Shown: positions 1 to 11,713 of the stretch, one piece after another | How positions within the stretch are numbered: the stretch's first letter is position 1 | Layout of the letters: every line of letters starts with the position of its first letter | Source of the DNA: Tagaea sp. | GTDB lineage: Bacteria > Pseudomonadota > Alphaproteobacteria > CACIAM-22H2 | Assembly (NCBI GenBank): GCA_965229215.1 | Contig: OZ245864.1 | Coordinates: forward strand, 134,360-198,359 | DNA: 64,000 nucleotides | Direction of reading: 5' to 3' | Translations under genes and position numbers: made by a program | The notes under the pieces: generated by a model | What the model was told of the DNA's origin: nothing | Databases searched by the model: none | What the model saw: the letters and a program-made list of their open reading frames with translations, nothing else

Positions 1-1
1 C

Positions 2-88
2 AAGGAGACCGCGCTGAACGGCCTGCTCGGCGTGCCGCTGCATGCCGGTGCCGAACGCTTCTACAAGGAAGCGGGCCTGCTGAAGTAA
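2..88 (+). CDS. C-terminal fragment of TAXI-family TRAP transporter solute-binding protein (5' end outside window)
   Basis: Open frame from window edge to TAA at 86-88. The translated tail ...GVPLHAGAERFYKEAGLLK is typical of TAXI TRAP receptor C-termini, and it sits directly upstream of a fused TRAP permease. Confidence 0.5.
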   Translation, partial: KETALNGLLGVPLHAGAERFYKEAGLLK

Positions 89-165
89 GGCGCCGTTCCG
101 GCCCGACCCGACCCCGGACGCCCCGCCGCCGCGAGATCGGCGGCGGGGCCGCGAGGATTCCCCCG

Positions 166-2319
166 ATGCTCAAGCAGCCCACGGTCGACGAGCTCTCCCG
201 CCTGGAGGAAGAGCTCGATCCGGAGATGCAGTTCCGCAAGATGCCGGGCGGGACGGGAATGCTCGTGGGCGGGCTGCTGCTGGTTCTCTCGTTCTTCCAC
301 TACTACACGGCCGGCTTCGGGCTGCTGCGCGAGGTCACGCATCGCGGCGTGCATCTGGCCTTCGTGCTCGGCCTCATCTTCCTCGTCTTCTCCGCGCGCC
401 ATGCCGACGGGCGCGCCGCGAAACCCTCGACCCTGCTGCGCCCGGGCGGCATCCCCGTCGCCGACTGGCTGATGGCGGCGGCGGCGGCCGTGTCCAGCCT
501 CTATGTGCCGTGGATCTTCAACGATCTCGCCTTCCGCGTGGGCAACCCTTCGGGTCTCGACGTGGCGATGGGCACGCTGACGGTCGTGCTGATGATCGAG
601 GCCACGCGCCGGGCGATCGGCTGGGGCCTGCCGCTGATCGCGCTCTTCTCGATGGTCTACGCGCTCTACGGCACGTGGTTCCCGGGCATCTTCCTGCATC
701 CGGGCGCCACGTGGGCCACGCTCGTCAACCACCTCTATCTCACCAGCCAGGGCGTCTACGGCGTGGCGCTGGGCGTGGTCGCCACCTACGTGTTCCATTT
801 CGTGCTGTTCGGCGTGCTCGCCACGCGCATCGGGCTGGGACGGCTGTTCCTGGGCGTCGCCGCCGCGGTCGCTGGACGATTCGCGGGCGGGCCCGCGAAG
901 ATCTCGATCTTCGGCTCGGCCCTGTTCGGCATGCTGTCGGGCTCGTCGGTCGCCAACACCGTCACGGTCGGCTCGCTCACCATCCCGATGATGATCCGGC
1001 TCGGCTACCAGCGGCACTTCGCGGCCGCCGTGGAATCCACCGCGGCGACCGGCGGCCAGATCACGCCGCCGATCATGGGCGCCGCCGCCTTCCTGATGGT
1101 CGAGTTCCTGAACCTGCCCTATTCGACCATCGTCGTGGCCGCCATCGTGCCTGCCATGATGCACTTCTTCGGCGTGCTGATGCAGGTGCATTTCGAGGCC
1201 AGGCGCACCGGCATGCGCGGCCTCACCGAAGACGAGGTGCCCAAGCTGCGCGAGGTGTTCGCGGCCGACTGGCCCACGCTCGCTCCGCTGGTCGCCCTCG
1301 TGACCGTGCTGTTCAGCGGCTACACGCCGTATCTCGCGGCGTTCTGGGGCATCACGGGCTGCCTGCTGGTCGGTCTCTCTCGCGCGCGCGGTGCCGCCGC
1401 GCTCGTCTTCTCGGCCGTGATGCTGCTGGGCGCGCCGTTCGAACTGCTGCGCCTGCCGTTCGTCAATCCGGCACTGGCGCTGCTCTGCGCGGCCGCGATG
1501 CTGCACGGCGTGCTGTCGCGCGGAACGGAGGGGCGGCGCCTCGTCGCCGGCATGCTCGATTCGTTCGTGCTTGGCGCCAAGTACGCGATCGGCGTGGGTG
1601 CCGCGGCGGCGACGGTGGGAATCATCGTCGGCGTGGTGACGCTGACGGGCGTGGGATTCAAGATCTCGTGGATCGTCACCTCGCTCGCCGACCAGTGGGC
1701 CCACCTGGTCGTCGACAACCTGCCGGTGGCGCTGTTCGGGCTCAAGTCGGCCACGCTGTTCTTCACGCTGCTGCTGACGGCGGTGGTCTGCATCCTGCTG
1801 GGCTGCGGCGTGCCGACGACGGCCACCTACATCATCATGGTGACGGTGGCCACACCCGCGCTCGGCATGCTGGGCGTGTCGCCGCTCGTGGCCCACTTCT
1901 TCGTCTTCTATTACGGCGTGCTCGCCGACATCACGCCGCCGGTCGCCATCGCGGCCTATGCGGGGGCGAGCATGGCGGGGGCCGACCCGTTCCGTACCGG
2001 CAACACCGCGTTCCGGCTGGCGCTCGGCAAGGTGCTCGTCCCGTTCGTGTTCGCCTTCTCGCCGGCGATCCTGATCATGGTGCCGGAATTCACGGTCGCG
2101 AACTTCCTGCTCGCGACGGGAACGTGCCTTGCCAGCGTCACGCTGCTGTCGGCCGCGTTCGCGGGCTGGTTCCTCGCCCCGATGGCGACGTGGGAACGCG
2201 TGCTGATCGGTATCGCCGCGTTGCCGATGATCCACGGCTCGCCCGGCGGTGCCGCGATCTGCGCCGTGCTCGCGGCACCCGTGCTGGTGCGCCAGATTCT
2301 GGCGCGCCGGGCCGCCTAG
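166..2319 (+). CDS. TRAP transporter fused DctQ/DctM-like permease (TAXI-type, 717 aa)
   Basis: ATG at 166 with GAGGA 8 nt upstream. The long polytopic hydrophobic protein matches fused TRAP permeases and follows a TAXI receptor fragment. Confidence 0.85.
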   Translation: MLKQPTVDELSRLEEELDPEMQFRKMPGGTGMLVGGLLLVLSFFHYYTAGFGLLREVTHRGVHLAFVLGLIFLVFSARHADGRAAKPSTLLRPGGIPVADWLMAAAAAVSSLYVPWIFNDLAFRVGNPSGLDVAMGTLTVVLMIEATRRAIGWGLPLIALFSMVYALYGTWFPGIFLHPGATWATLVNHLYLTSQGVYGVALGVVATYVFHFVLFGVLATRIGLGRLFLGVAAAVAGRFAGGPAKISIFGSALFGMLSGSSVANTVTVGSLTIPMMIRLGYQRHFAAAVESTAATGGQITPPIMGAAAFLMVEFLNLPYSTIVVAAIVPAMMHFFGVLMQVHFEARRTGMRGLTEDEVPKLREVFAADWPTLAPLVALVTVLFSGYTPYLAAFWGITGCLLVGLSRARGAAALVFSAVMLLGAPFELLRLPFVNPALALLCAAAMLHGVLSRGTEGRRLVAGMLDSFVLGAKYAIGVGAAAATVGIIVGVVTLTGVGFKISWIVTSLADQWAHLVVDNLPVALFGLKSATLFFTLLLTAVVCILLGCGVPTTATYIIMVTVATPALGMLGVSPLVAHFFVFYYGVLADITPPVAIAAYAGASMAGADPFRTGNTAFRLALGKVLVPFVFAFSPAILIMVPEFTVANFLLATGTCLASVTLLSAAFAGWFLAPMATWERVLIGIAALPMIHGSPGGAAICAVLAAPVLVRQILARRAA

Positions 2320-3068
2320 AGCGCGACCGACATCCCGCCGTCGACGATGATCGTCTGGCCGGTGAGGTAGGAGCCGGCGTCCGAGCAGAGCAGCAGCGCC
2401 GCACCGCCCAGTTCCGCGGGATCGCCCCAGCGGCCCAGCGGCGTGCGGCGCACGATCATCGCGTTGAACTCGGCATTGTCGATCAGCGGCTTGTTGAGGT
2501 CGGTGGCGAAATAGCCGGGCGCGATGCCGTTGACGAGGATGCCCTTGGGCGCCAGCTCGATCGCCATCTGGCGGATCATGCCTTCGAGCGCCGTCTTGGC
2601 CGCGGCATAGGCGACCGTGTTGGGCCGGCCCAGATGCGCCATCAGCGACGTGGTGTAGAGGATGCGCCCCTTGCCGGTGGGCGCCATCACCTTGGCCGCC
2701 TCGCGCCCCAGCACGAAGCCCGCGCGCAGATGCTGGCCCACGACATTGTCGAAATCGGACGACTTGTACTCCGTGAACGCGCCGCGGATCGTGCCGCCGG
2801 CGTTGGAGACGAGGATGTCGAACCGGCCGCGGCGCTTGTGGATGTCGGCCACCGCCGCCACGCACGCGGCCTCGTCGGTCACGTCGAAGGCGAGCGCTTC
2901 GCCGCCGAGCTTCTTCGCGGCCGCCTCGGCTTCCGCCTTGTTGCGCGCGTTGATCACGACATGCGCGCCGGCGCCGGCCAGCGCCGAGGCCATCCCGAAA
3001 CCGAGACCCCGCGAGCCGCCGGTCACGAGGGCCACGCGGCCTTTTAGGTCGAACATCGGATGCGTCAT
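2316..3068 (-). CDS. SDR family oxidoreductase (gluconate-5-dehydrogenase/KduD-like)
   Basis: TGGSRGLG Rossmann motif and YxxxK catalytic motif in a 250-aa protein. RBS AAGGGGAA upstream of the ATG at 3068. Convergent 4-bp overlap with the TRAP permease stop. Confidence 0.8.
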   Translation of the reverse strand: MTHPMFDLKGRVALVTGGSRGLGFGMASALAGAGAHVVINARNKAEAEAAAKKLGGEALAFDVTDEAACVAAVADIHKRRGRFDILVSNAGGTIRGAFTEYKSSDFDNVVGQHLRAGFVLGREAAKVMAPTGKGRILYTTSLMAHLGRPNTVAYAAAKTALEGMIRQMAIELAPKGILVNGIAPGYFATDLNKPLIDNAEFNAMIVRRTPLGRWGDPAELGGAALLLCSDAGSYLTGQTIIVDGGMSVAL

Positions 3069-3155
3069 GTCGGCGGTTCCCCTTGTTTTCTTGGCGATCG
3101 TTAGGGGGATTGTATGCCGAACGCGAGGCGATGCTAAACCGATTTTTCAGGGGCC

Positions 3156-4169
3156 TTACGGCAGCTCCGGGATCTTCTCGTAGATTGCCGCCCCGGTCAG
3201 GCTGCCCATGAACGCGATCAGCTGGCGCCGCTCGGCGAAGGTGAGGCCGAGCGGGCGGATCTTGTCCGAAAGGCTCGGCCGTTTGATTCCGCCCCTGTCG
3301 TAGACGTTGATCACGTCCATCAGCGTGGCGGCCGACCCGTCGTGGAAATAGGGCGCGCTCAGCACCACGTCGCGCAAGGAGGGCGTCTTGAAGGCGTACT
3401 GCGCCTTGACGTCGCCCGGGAACAGCCGGCCGCGGCCGATATCGTCGCCCGGCAGGCCGATGTCGTGGAACTTGCCGTCGGTGAAGCGCCATGTGGAATG
3501 GCACTCGGCGCACATCGCCTTGCCGTTGAACAGCACGAAGCCCGCCTTGGCCTCGTCGCCCAGCGCGTTCTCGTCGCCCTCGACCCACACGTCGAACGGC
3601 GCCCTGCCGCTGACGATGGTGCGTTCGTACTGCGCCACCGCCTGCGCGATGGTCTGCGCGGTGATCGGGTCGCGCGGGCCGGGGAAGGCGCGCGCGAAAT
3701 GCGGCGCATAGCCGGGAATCGCCTTCACCTTTTCCACCAGATCGCGCTCGGGCGTGTTCATCGCCGGGCCGGACATGGCCGCGAGCATCTGCTTCTCCAG
3801 CGTGTCGGCGCGCCCGTCCCAGTTGAAGAGCGTGTCCCACGCGAGATTGGCGAGGCCCGAGGTGTGGCGCGGCATCACGTGGCCGAGCGGGGCGGGCGAG
3901 TTCGCCACGCCGTCACCCCAGCCGAGGCCGGGCAGATGGCACGAGGCGCAGGCGACCTCGCCGTTGAAGCCGATGCGCTTGTCGAAGAACAGCATGCGCC
4001 CGAGATCGACCTGGCTCTGGCTGAAGGGCCGGTCGGCGGGGAAGGGGATCTCCTTCGGGCGCACGTACTTCGCCTGCAGCGCCTTGATGTCGGGCGTCTG
4101 CGCCACGGTATCCGCTGCGAGCCCGAGGGCCGCGACGACGCACATCAATGTTCCGATCGTCCGACGCAT
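3156..4169 (-). CDS. di-heme cytochrome c peroxidase (CCP/MauG family)
   Basis: Signal peptide plus two CxxCH heme motifs (CASCH, CAECH) in a 337-aa protein. Confidence 0.85.
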   Translation of the reverse strand: MRRTIGTLMCVVAALGLAADTVAQTPDIKALQAKYVRPKEIPFPADRPFSQSQVDLGRMLFFDKRIGFNGEVACASCHLPGLGWGDGVANSPAPLGHVMPRHTSGLANLAWDTLFNWDGRADTLEKQMLAAMSGPAMNTPERDLVEKVKAIPGYAPHFARAFPGPRDPITAQTIAQAVAQYERTIVSGRAPFDVWVEGDENALGDEAKAGFVLFNGKAMCAECHSTWRFTDGKFHDIGLPGDDIGRGRLFPGDVKAQYAFKTPSLRDVVLSAPYFHDGSAATLMDVINVYDRGGIKRPSLSDKIRPLGLTFAERRQLIAFMGSLTGAAIYEKIPELP

Positions 4170-4292
4170 GGCTGCCGCTCCGCTTCGATCGAGGAGGCGG
4201 GAGTTTCGGCCAGCACGGCGCGAAAGGAAAGCGTTTCGACGCCTTACAGTTGCAGTGCAGTTAATCCTACATACGAAAGCTGTTAACCGCCC

Positions 4293-6315
<2,023 letters not shown>

Positions 6316-6348
6316 CGGGGCGGCCGCGCCGGTAGCGGCCGCGCATGT

Positions 6349-6912
6349 TCAATCGTGGGCGTGGACGAATTCGCCCCGGGCCATCGCGAGATGATGCGGC
6401 TGGTGGTGGCCGCCGCTTGTCATCAGGCCGATGAATCCGAGGCCGCGGATATGGGCGATTTGAGCCGGATTGCCTGACGTCACCACGAGGCGTACGCCGT
6501 CGGCCAGCTTCTCGGCCTTCGCGGTCCACCCGTTCATTTTTCCCAGTTCGGCGGAATGGGCGACGACCATGCGCTGGATGGCGCCGATCGTGCGCCCGGT
6601 ACCGGTCACGCGCACCTCGATGCCGCCGTCGACCTTCGCGACCTTCGCGTCGGCCTTCAGCGTGACGTCGTTCATGTCGATCAGGTGCTGGCGCAACGCC
6701 TCGAGATCGACCTTTGCCCAATCCGTTTTCGCATCGGCTTCGAGGATTCGGACGATCTCCTGGACCGTGCCGAACGCGTCCTGCCCTGGCATCGTCGGCA
6801 CCGTGACAGCCTGTGCCGCAGAATGCATGCCGGCATGCGGGATCTGCTGGGCTTGCGCGGCAGCAGGGAGGGCGGGCAGCAGCAGGGCAAGGGCAAGAAC
6901 GAGATTCTTCAT
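6349..6912 (-). CDS. secreted hypothetical protein with His-rich C-terminus
   Basis: Start at MKNLVLALALLLPALPAAAQA signal peptide (ATG 6910-6912, GGAG RBS). C-terminus HHQPHHLAMARGEFVHAHD suggests metal binding. Confidence 0.5.
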   Translation of the reverse strand: MKNLVLALALLLPALPAAAQAQQIPHAGMHSAAQAVTVPTMPGQDAFGTVQEIVRILEADAKTDWAKVDLEALRQHLIDMNDVTLKADAKVAKVDGGIEVRVTGTGRTIGAIQRMVVAHSAELGKMNGWTAKAEKLADGVRLVVTSGNPAQIAHIRGLGFIGLMTSGGHHQPHHLAMARGEFVHAHD

Positions 6913-6973
6913 GGGAAATGCTCCGGTTCGGTCGTTACGGCAACCTTCTTGCCAGACCGTCGGCCGCACCCAC

Positions 6974-7537
6974 ATGATAGGGATCATGTCGAAGGAATTG
7001 GCCGATCTTCTCGCTCCGCTGCCCTCGCGCGCCTGCACGTTTCCAGCCGGGCGATACCTGTTCCGGCAGGGCGACGGCGTGCGCGTGCTGCACTGGGTTG
7101 TCGAAGGCGAGGTGCATCTCGTCCGTCTGCAGCCCGACGGCGCGCCGCTGATCCTGCAACGCGCGCGCGCGGGATCGGTGCTGGCCGAGGCTTCGCTGTT
7201 TTCGGCGCGCTACCATTGCGATGCGACGGCCGTCGTTCCCACCCGCACGCTGGCCATGGACAAGGCGGCCATGCGCGCCGCTCTCGACGGACGGCCGGCG
7301 TTCGCGGCCGGGTGGGCCAGCTACCTCTCCCGCGAAGTGCAACGCACGCGCCTGCGGGCCGAAATCCTGTCGCTGCGCACGGTTGCCGCCCGGCTCGATG
7401 CGTGGATTGCGGCGAACGGTGGACGCCAGCCGGTGAAAGGCGAATGGAAGACGGTCGCGGCGGAAATCGGCACGAGTCCCGAAGCGCTCTATCGCGAACG
7501 CGCGAAGCGCAGGCCGCACCGCAATCATCGTCGGTAG
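6974..7537 (+). CDS. Crp/Fnr family transcriptional regulator
   Basis: cNMP-binding-like N-terminal domain plus C-terminal HTH. Start is ambiguous between ATG 6974 and ATG 6986. Confidence 0.65.
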   Translation: MIGIMSKELADLLAPLPSRACTFPAGRYLFRQGDGVRVLHWVVEGEVHLVRLQPDGAPLILQRARAGSVLAEASLFSARYHCDATAVVPTRTLAMDKAAMRAALDGRPAFAAGWASYLSREVQRTRLRAEILSLRTVAARLDAWIAANGGRQPVKGEWKTVAAEIGTSPEALYRERAKRRPHRNHRR

Positions 7538-7653
7538 CGTTTTCACCGGCGATGCACGTACGTCATACAATCGTGCTTCCTACAGTTGTGCGGTTGACGT
7601 AAAAACTTCTAAAATTGTACGATTGTCCCTCGATCCAGCGGGGACATTTCGAC

Positions 7654-8076
7654 ATGGCGCGAACGATCCTACTGCGGCATCCGGAGACGAACGAAGTCCG
7701 CAGGGGCTATTACGGCTTCTGCTGGTCCGGCCTGTTCTTCGGCGGCCTGCCGGCGCTCGCGCGCGGCAATCTCAAGATCGGCATCGCGCTGCTGGTGCTC
7801 GCCCTGCTGCCGTTCGTGCTCAAGGGCGTCTTCTACCGCTCGCTTGCCGGCTCGCTCTATCTGTTCGCCGTCGTCGTCTTCGCCAGCGAATATAACCGCT
7901 TCTACACGATGGCGCTGATCGACCAGGGGTTCCAGTTCTTCGACCGCGCCGAGCATGTCGCGGCCGCGAAGCGCAATCTGGGCTTCGTCTCCGGCCGCGT
8001 GCTCAACATCTTCGGCCGCAGGCGCGCCAAGCCCGCCGCACCCGCCGCCGAAACCAAGCCGTCGGAAGCCGCCTAG
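7654..8076 (+). CDS. hypothetical small membrane protein
   Basis: Two predicted TM helices. ATG 7654 preferred over the upstream 7615 start of the track ORF. Confidence 0.45.
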   Translation: MARTILLRHPETNEVRRGYYGFCWSGLFFGGLPALARGNLKIGIALLVLALLPFVLKGVFYRSLAGSLYLFAVVVFASEYNRFYTMALIDQGFQFFDRAEHVAAAKRNLGFVSGRVLNIFGRRRAKPAAPAAETKPSEAA

Positions 8077-8732
8077 AGAATTCCCTCGCGCCTGAAGACG
8101 CTGGCGAGGCTCTCGCCGCGCGCGAGCGCCGCGCGCGTGCGGTTTTCGCCCGAGACCTTGGCGAGCGCCGCGGCAAAGACCTGCTTCTCGATCTTCTTCG
8201 GGATCGCGACCGCGCCGTCCGCGTCGCCGAAGATCACGTCGCCGCTTTCCACGCGCACGCCACCCAGTTCGACCGGCACGTCGATCGCGGCGACCTCGCC
8301 GCGGCCCTTGCTGTCGAGCGGCCCGATCCCGCCCGCGAAGACGGGGAACTTGAGCTTGCGGATCGCGCGCACGTCGCGCGTCAGCCCGTCGGTGAGGCAG
8401 CCCGAGGCGCCCCGCGCCCGCGCGGCGGTGGTCAGCAGTTCGCCCCACGGGCCGATCTTCGGGTTGGCGGCGCAGGCCAGCACGGCCACCTCGAACGGCT
8501 TCAGGTCGTCGACCAGCGCGATTTCCAGCGTGTAGGGGTTGTGGCCCTTGGGCACGTGGAACACCTCGCGGTAGATCGCCGTGCGCGCGCGCCCGAGCAG
8601 GACGCGCGTGTCGTCGAGGGGGCGGATCGAGGGCGCAAAGGCCTGGTTGCGATAGCCCAGGCCGTCGAGCGTGTCGGAAACGACCGAGACGAAGAGCTTG
8701 CGCCGCTGGATCGCGAAGGGATCGCGCGCCAT
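8073..8732 (-). CDS. RraA family protein (HMG/CHA aldolase / oxaloacetate decarboxylase-like)
   Basis: 219-aa C-terminal part of track ORF 8073..9539 with an RraA-like fold. ATG 8730-8732 overlaps the upstream SDR stop in an ATGA junction. Confidence 0.8.
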   Translation of the reverse strand: MARDPFAIQRRKLFVSVVSDTLDGLGYRNQAFAPSIRPLDDTRVLLGRARTAIYREVFHVPKGHNPYTLEIALVDDLKPFEVAVLACAANPKIGPWGELLTTAARARGASGCLTDGLTRDVRAIRKLKFPVFAGGIGPLDSKGRGEVAAIDVPVELGGVRVESGDVIFGDADGAVAIPKKIEKQVFAAALAKVSGENRTRAALARGESLASVFRREGIL

Positions 8733-9484
8733 CAGTAGGTCGCCCGGCCGCCGGTGATGTCGAACACGCCGCCGGTGGTGAACGAGCATTCGGCCGAGGC
8801 GAGCCACGTCACCATCGAAGCGATCTCCTCGATCTGCACGAAGCGGCCCATCGGGATCTTGCCGAGCATGAAGGCGACGTGGGCCTCGGTCATCTGCTTG
8901 AGGATGTCGGTGTCGGCGACGGCCGGCGTGATGCAGTTGGCGAGCACGCCGGTCTTGGCGAGCTCCTTGCCCAGCGATTTCGTCAGCGCGATGAGGCCGG
9001 CCTTGGCCGAGGAATAGGCCGGCGCGTTCGGGTTGCCTTCCTTGCCGGCGACCGAGGCGATGTTGACGACCCGCCCGTAGCCGCCCTTGATCATGTGCGG
9101 CACGACCGCGCGGCAGCACAGGAACGGGCCGGTCAGGTCGACGTCGATGACCTTCTTCCATTCGGCGACCGGGTATTCCCACGTCGTCGTGTTGGGGCCG
9201 GTGATGCCGGCATTGTTGACGAGGATGTCGATGCCGCCCATCGCGCCGATCGTGGCGTTGGTCGCGGCCGAAACGCTCGCCTCGTCGGCGACGTCGGCGG
9301 GCACGATATGCACGCGCGCACCCGCGGCAAGACGCTTGGCGGCGGCATCCAGTGCCGCCGGATCGCGGTCCCACAGCGTCACGCTGGCGCCCGAGAGGAG
9401 GAAGCGTTCGGCGATGGCGAGGCCGATGCCGCGCGCGCCGCCGGTGATGATTGCGCGCTTGGCCTCGAGATCGATCTTGTTCAT
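8732..9484 (-). CDS. SDR family oxidoreductase (3-oxoacyl-ACP reductase-like)
   Basis: TGGARGIG and YSSAK motifs. ATG 9482-9484 with AGGGAG RBS, 11 nt after the aapM stop. Confidence 0.85.
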   Translation of the reverse strand: MNKIDLEAKRAIITGGARGIGLAIAERFLLSGASVTLWDRDPAALDAAAKRLAAGARVHIVPADVADEASVSAATNATIGAMGGIDILVNNAGITGPNTTTWEYPVAEWKKVIDVDLTGPFLCCRAVVPHMIKGGYGRVVNIASVAGKEGNPNAPAYSSAKAGLIALTKSLGKELAKTGVLANCITPAVADTDILKQMTEAHVAFMLGKIPMGRFVQIEEIASMVTWLASAECSFTTGGVFDITGGRATY

Positions 9485-9495
9485 GGGCAGTCTCC

Positions 9496-10542
9496 CTAGT
9501 GGCGCGTCCCCAGCCCGAGACGCTTTTCGAGGCCCGCACTCCAGCGTGACAGGCCGAAGCAGGCGAACCAGAAAATCAGTCCGGCGAAGACATAGGCTTC
9601 CATCGTCAGGCCGACCCACTTGGGATCGGCGAGCGCAGCATGCACGATGCCGAGGAGATCGAAAAGCGACACGACGAGGACGAGTGTGGTGTTTTTGAGC
9701 AGCGCGATGAACTCGTTGGCAAGCGCCGGCAGCGCCAGGCGCAGCGCCTGCGGCAGCACGATGAACCAGGTCGCTTTCCAGTAGCCGAGGCCCATGGCGG
9801 CGGCAGCCTCGGTCTGGCCCTTGGGCAGCGATTGCAGCCCGCCGCGGATCGCCTCGGCCATGTAGGCCGCGACGCACATGGCGAGGCCCACGACCGCGCG
9901 CACCAGCCGGTCGATGCCCACGCCCGCAGGCAGGATCAGCGGCAGCAGCATCGAGGCGAGGAAGATGACCGCGATGATCGGTACGCCGCGCCAGAATTCG
10001 ATGAACACGACCGACAGCGTGCGGATCAGCGGCAGGCGCGACTGGCGCCCCAGCGCCAGCAGCACGCCCAGCGGGAAGGCGCCGATCCCGGCATAGACGG
10101 CCATGAACACCGTCAGCATCAGGCCGCCCCATTCGCGCGTCTCGACCACCGGCAGCGGCCCGCCGCCCAGCAGCAGCCACAGGCCGAGCGGCGGGAAGAC
10201 GACGAGCGTGAGGAAGCCGGAGACCGTCTTGTACGGCGCCCCGTTCCACAGGAACGGCACGACGAAGGCGACCAGCAAGGTGGCCGCGAGGTCGATCCGC
10301 CATGTCTGGGCGGGCGGGTAGAGCCCGTACATGAACTGGCCGAAGCGCACGCGGATGAATACCCAGCACGCGCCGCCGGCCGCGCAATCCGTACGGTCGG
10401 CGCCGTTCCATGTCGCCTTCAGCAGCGCCCATTCGACCAGCGGCGGCACGTAATGGACCAGCAGCGCCGCGCACGCGAGCGTGACGGCCGCATCCAGCCA
10501 CGTGGCGAACAGGTTGGTGCGGACCCAGTCCAGCGCCTTCAT
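9496..10542 (-). CDS. aapM: polar amino acid ABC transporter permease (AapM-like)
   Basis: 348-aa permease with an EAA loop (GQTEAAAAMGL). ATGA overlap with the aapQ stop. Confidence 0.85.
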   Translation of the reverse strand: MKALDWVRTNLFATWLDAAVTLACAALLVHYVPPLVEWALLKATWNGADRTDCAAGGACWVFIRVRFGQFMYGLYPPAQTWRIDLAATLLVAFVVPFLWNGAPYKTVSGFLTLVVFPPLGLWLLLGGGPLPVVETREWGGLMLTVFMAVYAGIGAFPLGVLLALGRQSRLPLIRTLSVVFIEFWRGVPIIAVIFLASMLLPLILPAGVGIDRLVRAVVGLAMCVAAYMAEAIRGGLQSLPKGQTEAAAAMGLGYWKATWFIVLPQALRLALPALANEFIALLKNTTLVLVVSLFDLLGIVHAALADPKWVGLTMEAYVFAGLIFWFACFGLSRWSAGLEKRLGLGTRH

Positions 10543-11603
10543 CGCGTCACCAGCGCGATGCGCGCGTTGTACCAGTTCATGAACACCGAGACCGCGAGGC
10601 CCACGACCAGATAGACGCCCAGCACGATGGCGATGATCTCGATCGCCTGGCCGGTGTTGTTGAGCGCGGAGCCCATGAACACGCTGACGAGCTCGGGGAA
10701 CGCGATGACGGCGCCGAAGGACGAGTTCTTCAGCACGTTGAGATACTGGCTGGTCATCGGCGGGACCATGACGCGCAGCGCCTGCGGAATGATGATGAGG
10801 CGCAGCATCAGGCCGGGGCGCAGGCCCAGCGACGAGGCCGCCTCGGTCTGGCCCTTGCTGACGGCAAGGATGCCGCCGCGCACGATCTCGGCGATGAAGC
10901 CGGCGGTATAGGTGACGAGCGCGAAGAACAGCGCCACGAATTCGGGGATCAGCGCGAAGCCGCCGCGGAAATTGAAACCGGCCAGCACCGGCACGCTCCA
11001 CGCGGTCGCAGAGGCGGCCATGGCCGCGGCCAGGGCGGGGAAGGCCACGACGAGGCCAAGGCCCGCCGCGACGATCGGGAAGGGCTGGCCCGTTTCCGCC
11101 TGCCGCTTGGCCGCCCACAGACGCAGCGCCAGGAAGGCCGCGAGGCCCGCGACGAACGCGGCGACCGGCCACCAGACGACCGCGCCCGTCTCGGGCAGCG
11201 GGATCGACAGGCCGCGGTTGTTGAGGAAGAACAGGCCGCCGATGTCGATGCTGTTGCGTGGTGCCGGCAGCGCGCGGATGACGCCGAAATACCAGAAGAA
11301 GACGAAGAGCAGCAGCGGGATGTTGCGCACGAATTCGACGTACGCGCCCGCGAAGAGCGACAGCAGCCAGTTCTTCGACAGGCGCGCCACGCCCACCACG
11401 AAGCCCAGCAGCGTGGCGAAGACCATCGCGAGGACCGAGACCAGCACCGTGTTGGCGATGCCGACCATCAGCAGGTCGAAGATGCGGTCCTGCGGCGTGT
11501 AGTCGATCAGGCGGAAGGGGACGTCGATGCCCGACGTGCGCCACAGGAAGTCGAATCCCGAGGCGATGCCGGCCTTGACCATGTTCTCCGAGGCGTTCGC
11601 CAC
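10539..11603 (-). CDS. aapQ: polar amino acid ABC transporter permease (AapQ/YhdX-like); true N-terminus probably extends to about 11699
   Basis: Permease with EAA loop. Homology to YhdX-type N-termini (ARVRDWLAQIAV...) continues upstream of the first canonical start, GTG at 11603. A TAA at 11700-11702 leaves only a non-canonical ATC there. Confidence 0.75.
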   Translation of the reverse strand: MANASENMVKAGIASGFDFLWRTSGIDVPFRLIDYTPQDRIFDLLMVGIANTVLVSVLAMVFATLLGFVVGVARLSKNWLLSLFAGAYVEFVRNIPLLLFVFFWYFGVIRALPAPRNSIDIGGLFFLNNRGLSIPLPETGAVVWWPVAAFVAGLAAFLALRLWAAKRQAETGQPFPIVAAGLGLVVAFPALAAAMAASATAWSVPVLAGFNFRGGFALIPEFVALFFALVTYTAGFIAEIVRGGILAVSKGQTEAASSLGLRPGLMLRLIIIPQALRVMVPPMTSQYLNVLKNSSFGAVIAFPELVSVFMGSALNNTGQAIEIIAIVLGVYLVVGLAVSVFMNWYNARIALVTR

Positions 11604-11713
11604 GAAGAACCAGCCGAGCAGAAAAAGGCCGCCCGCGACCGCGATCTGGGCAAGCCAGTCGCGGACGCGGGCGTCGTAGAAATAGCGGCGGAGGATGGCT
11701 TACGCCCCTTCGC

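Noticed and set aside
61-3840. 1259-aa reverse-strand ORF spanning the TRAP permease, SDR and peroxidase genes
   Set aside because: Arg/Gly/Ala/Asp-rich low-complexity translation typical of antisense frames in high-GC DNA. It overlaps three well-supported genes on both strands.
4170-4292. Apparent palindrome cagttgcagtgcagttaa between the peroxidase and hydrolase genes
   Set aside because: On inspection it is a mirror repeat, not a reverse-complement palindrome, so it is not a hairpin or operator candidate.
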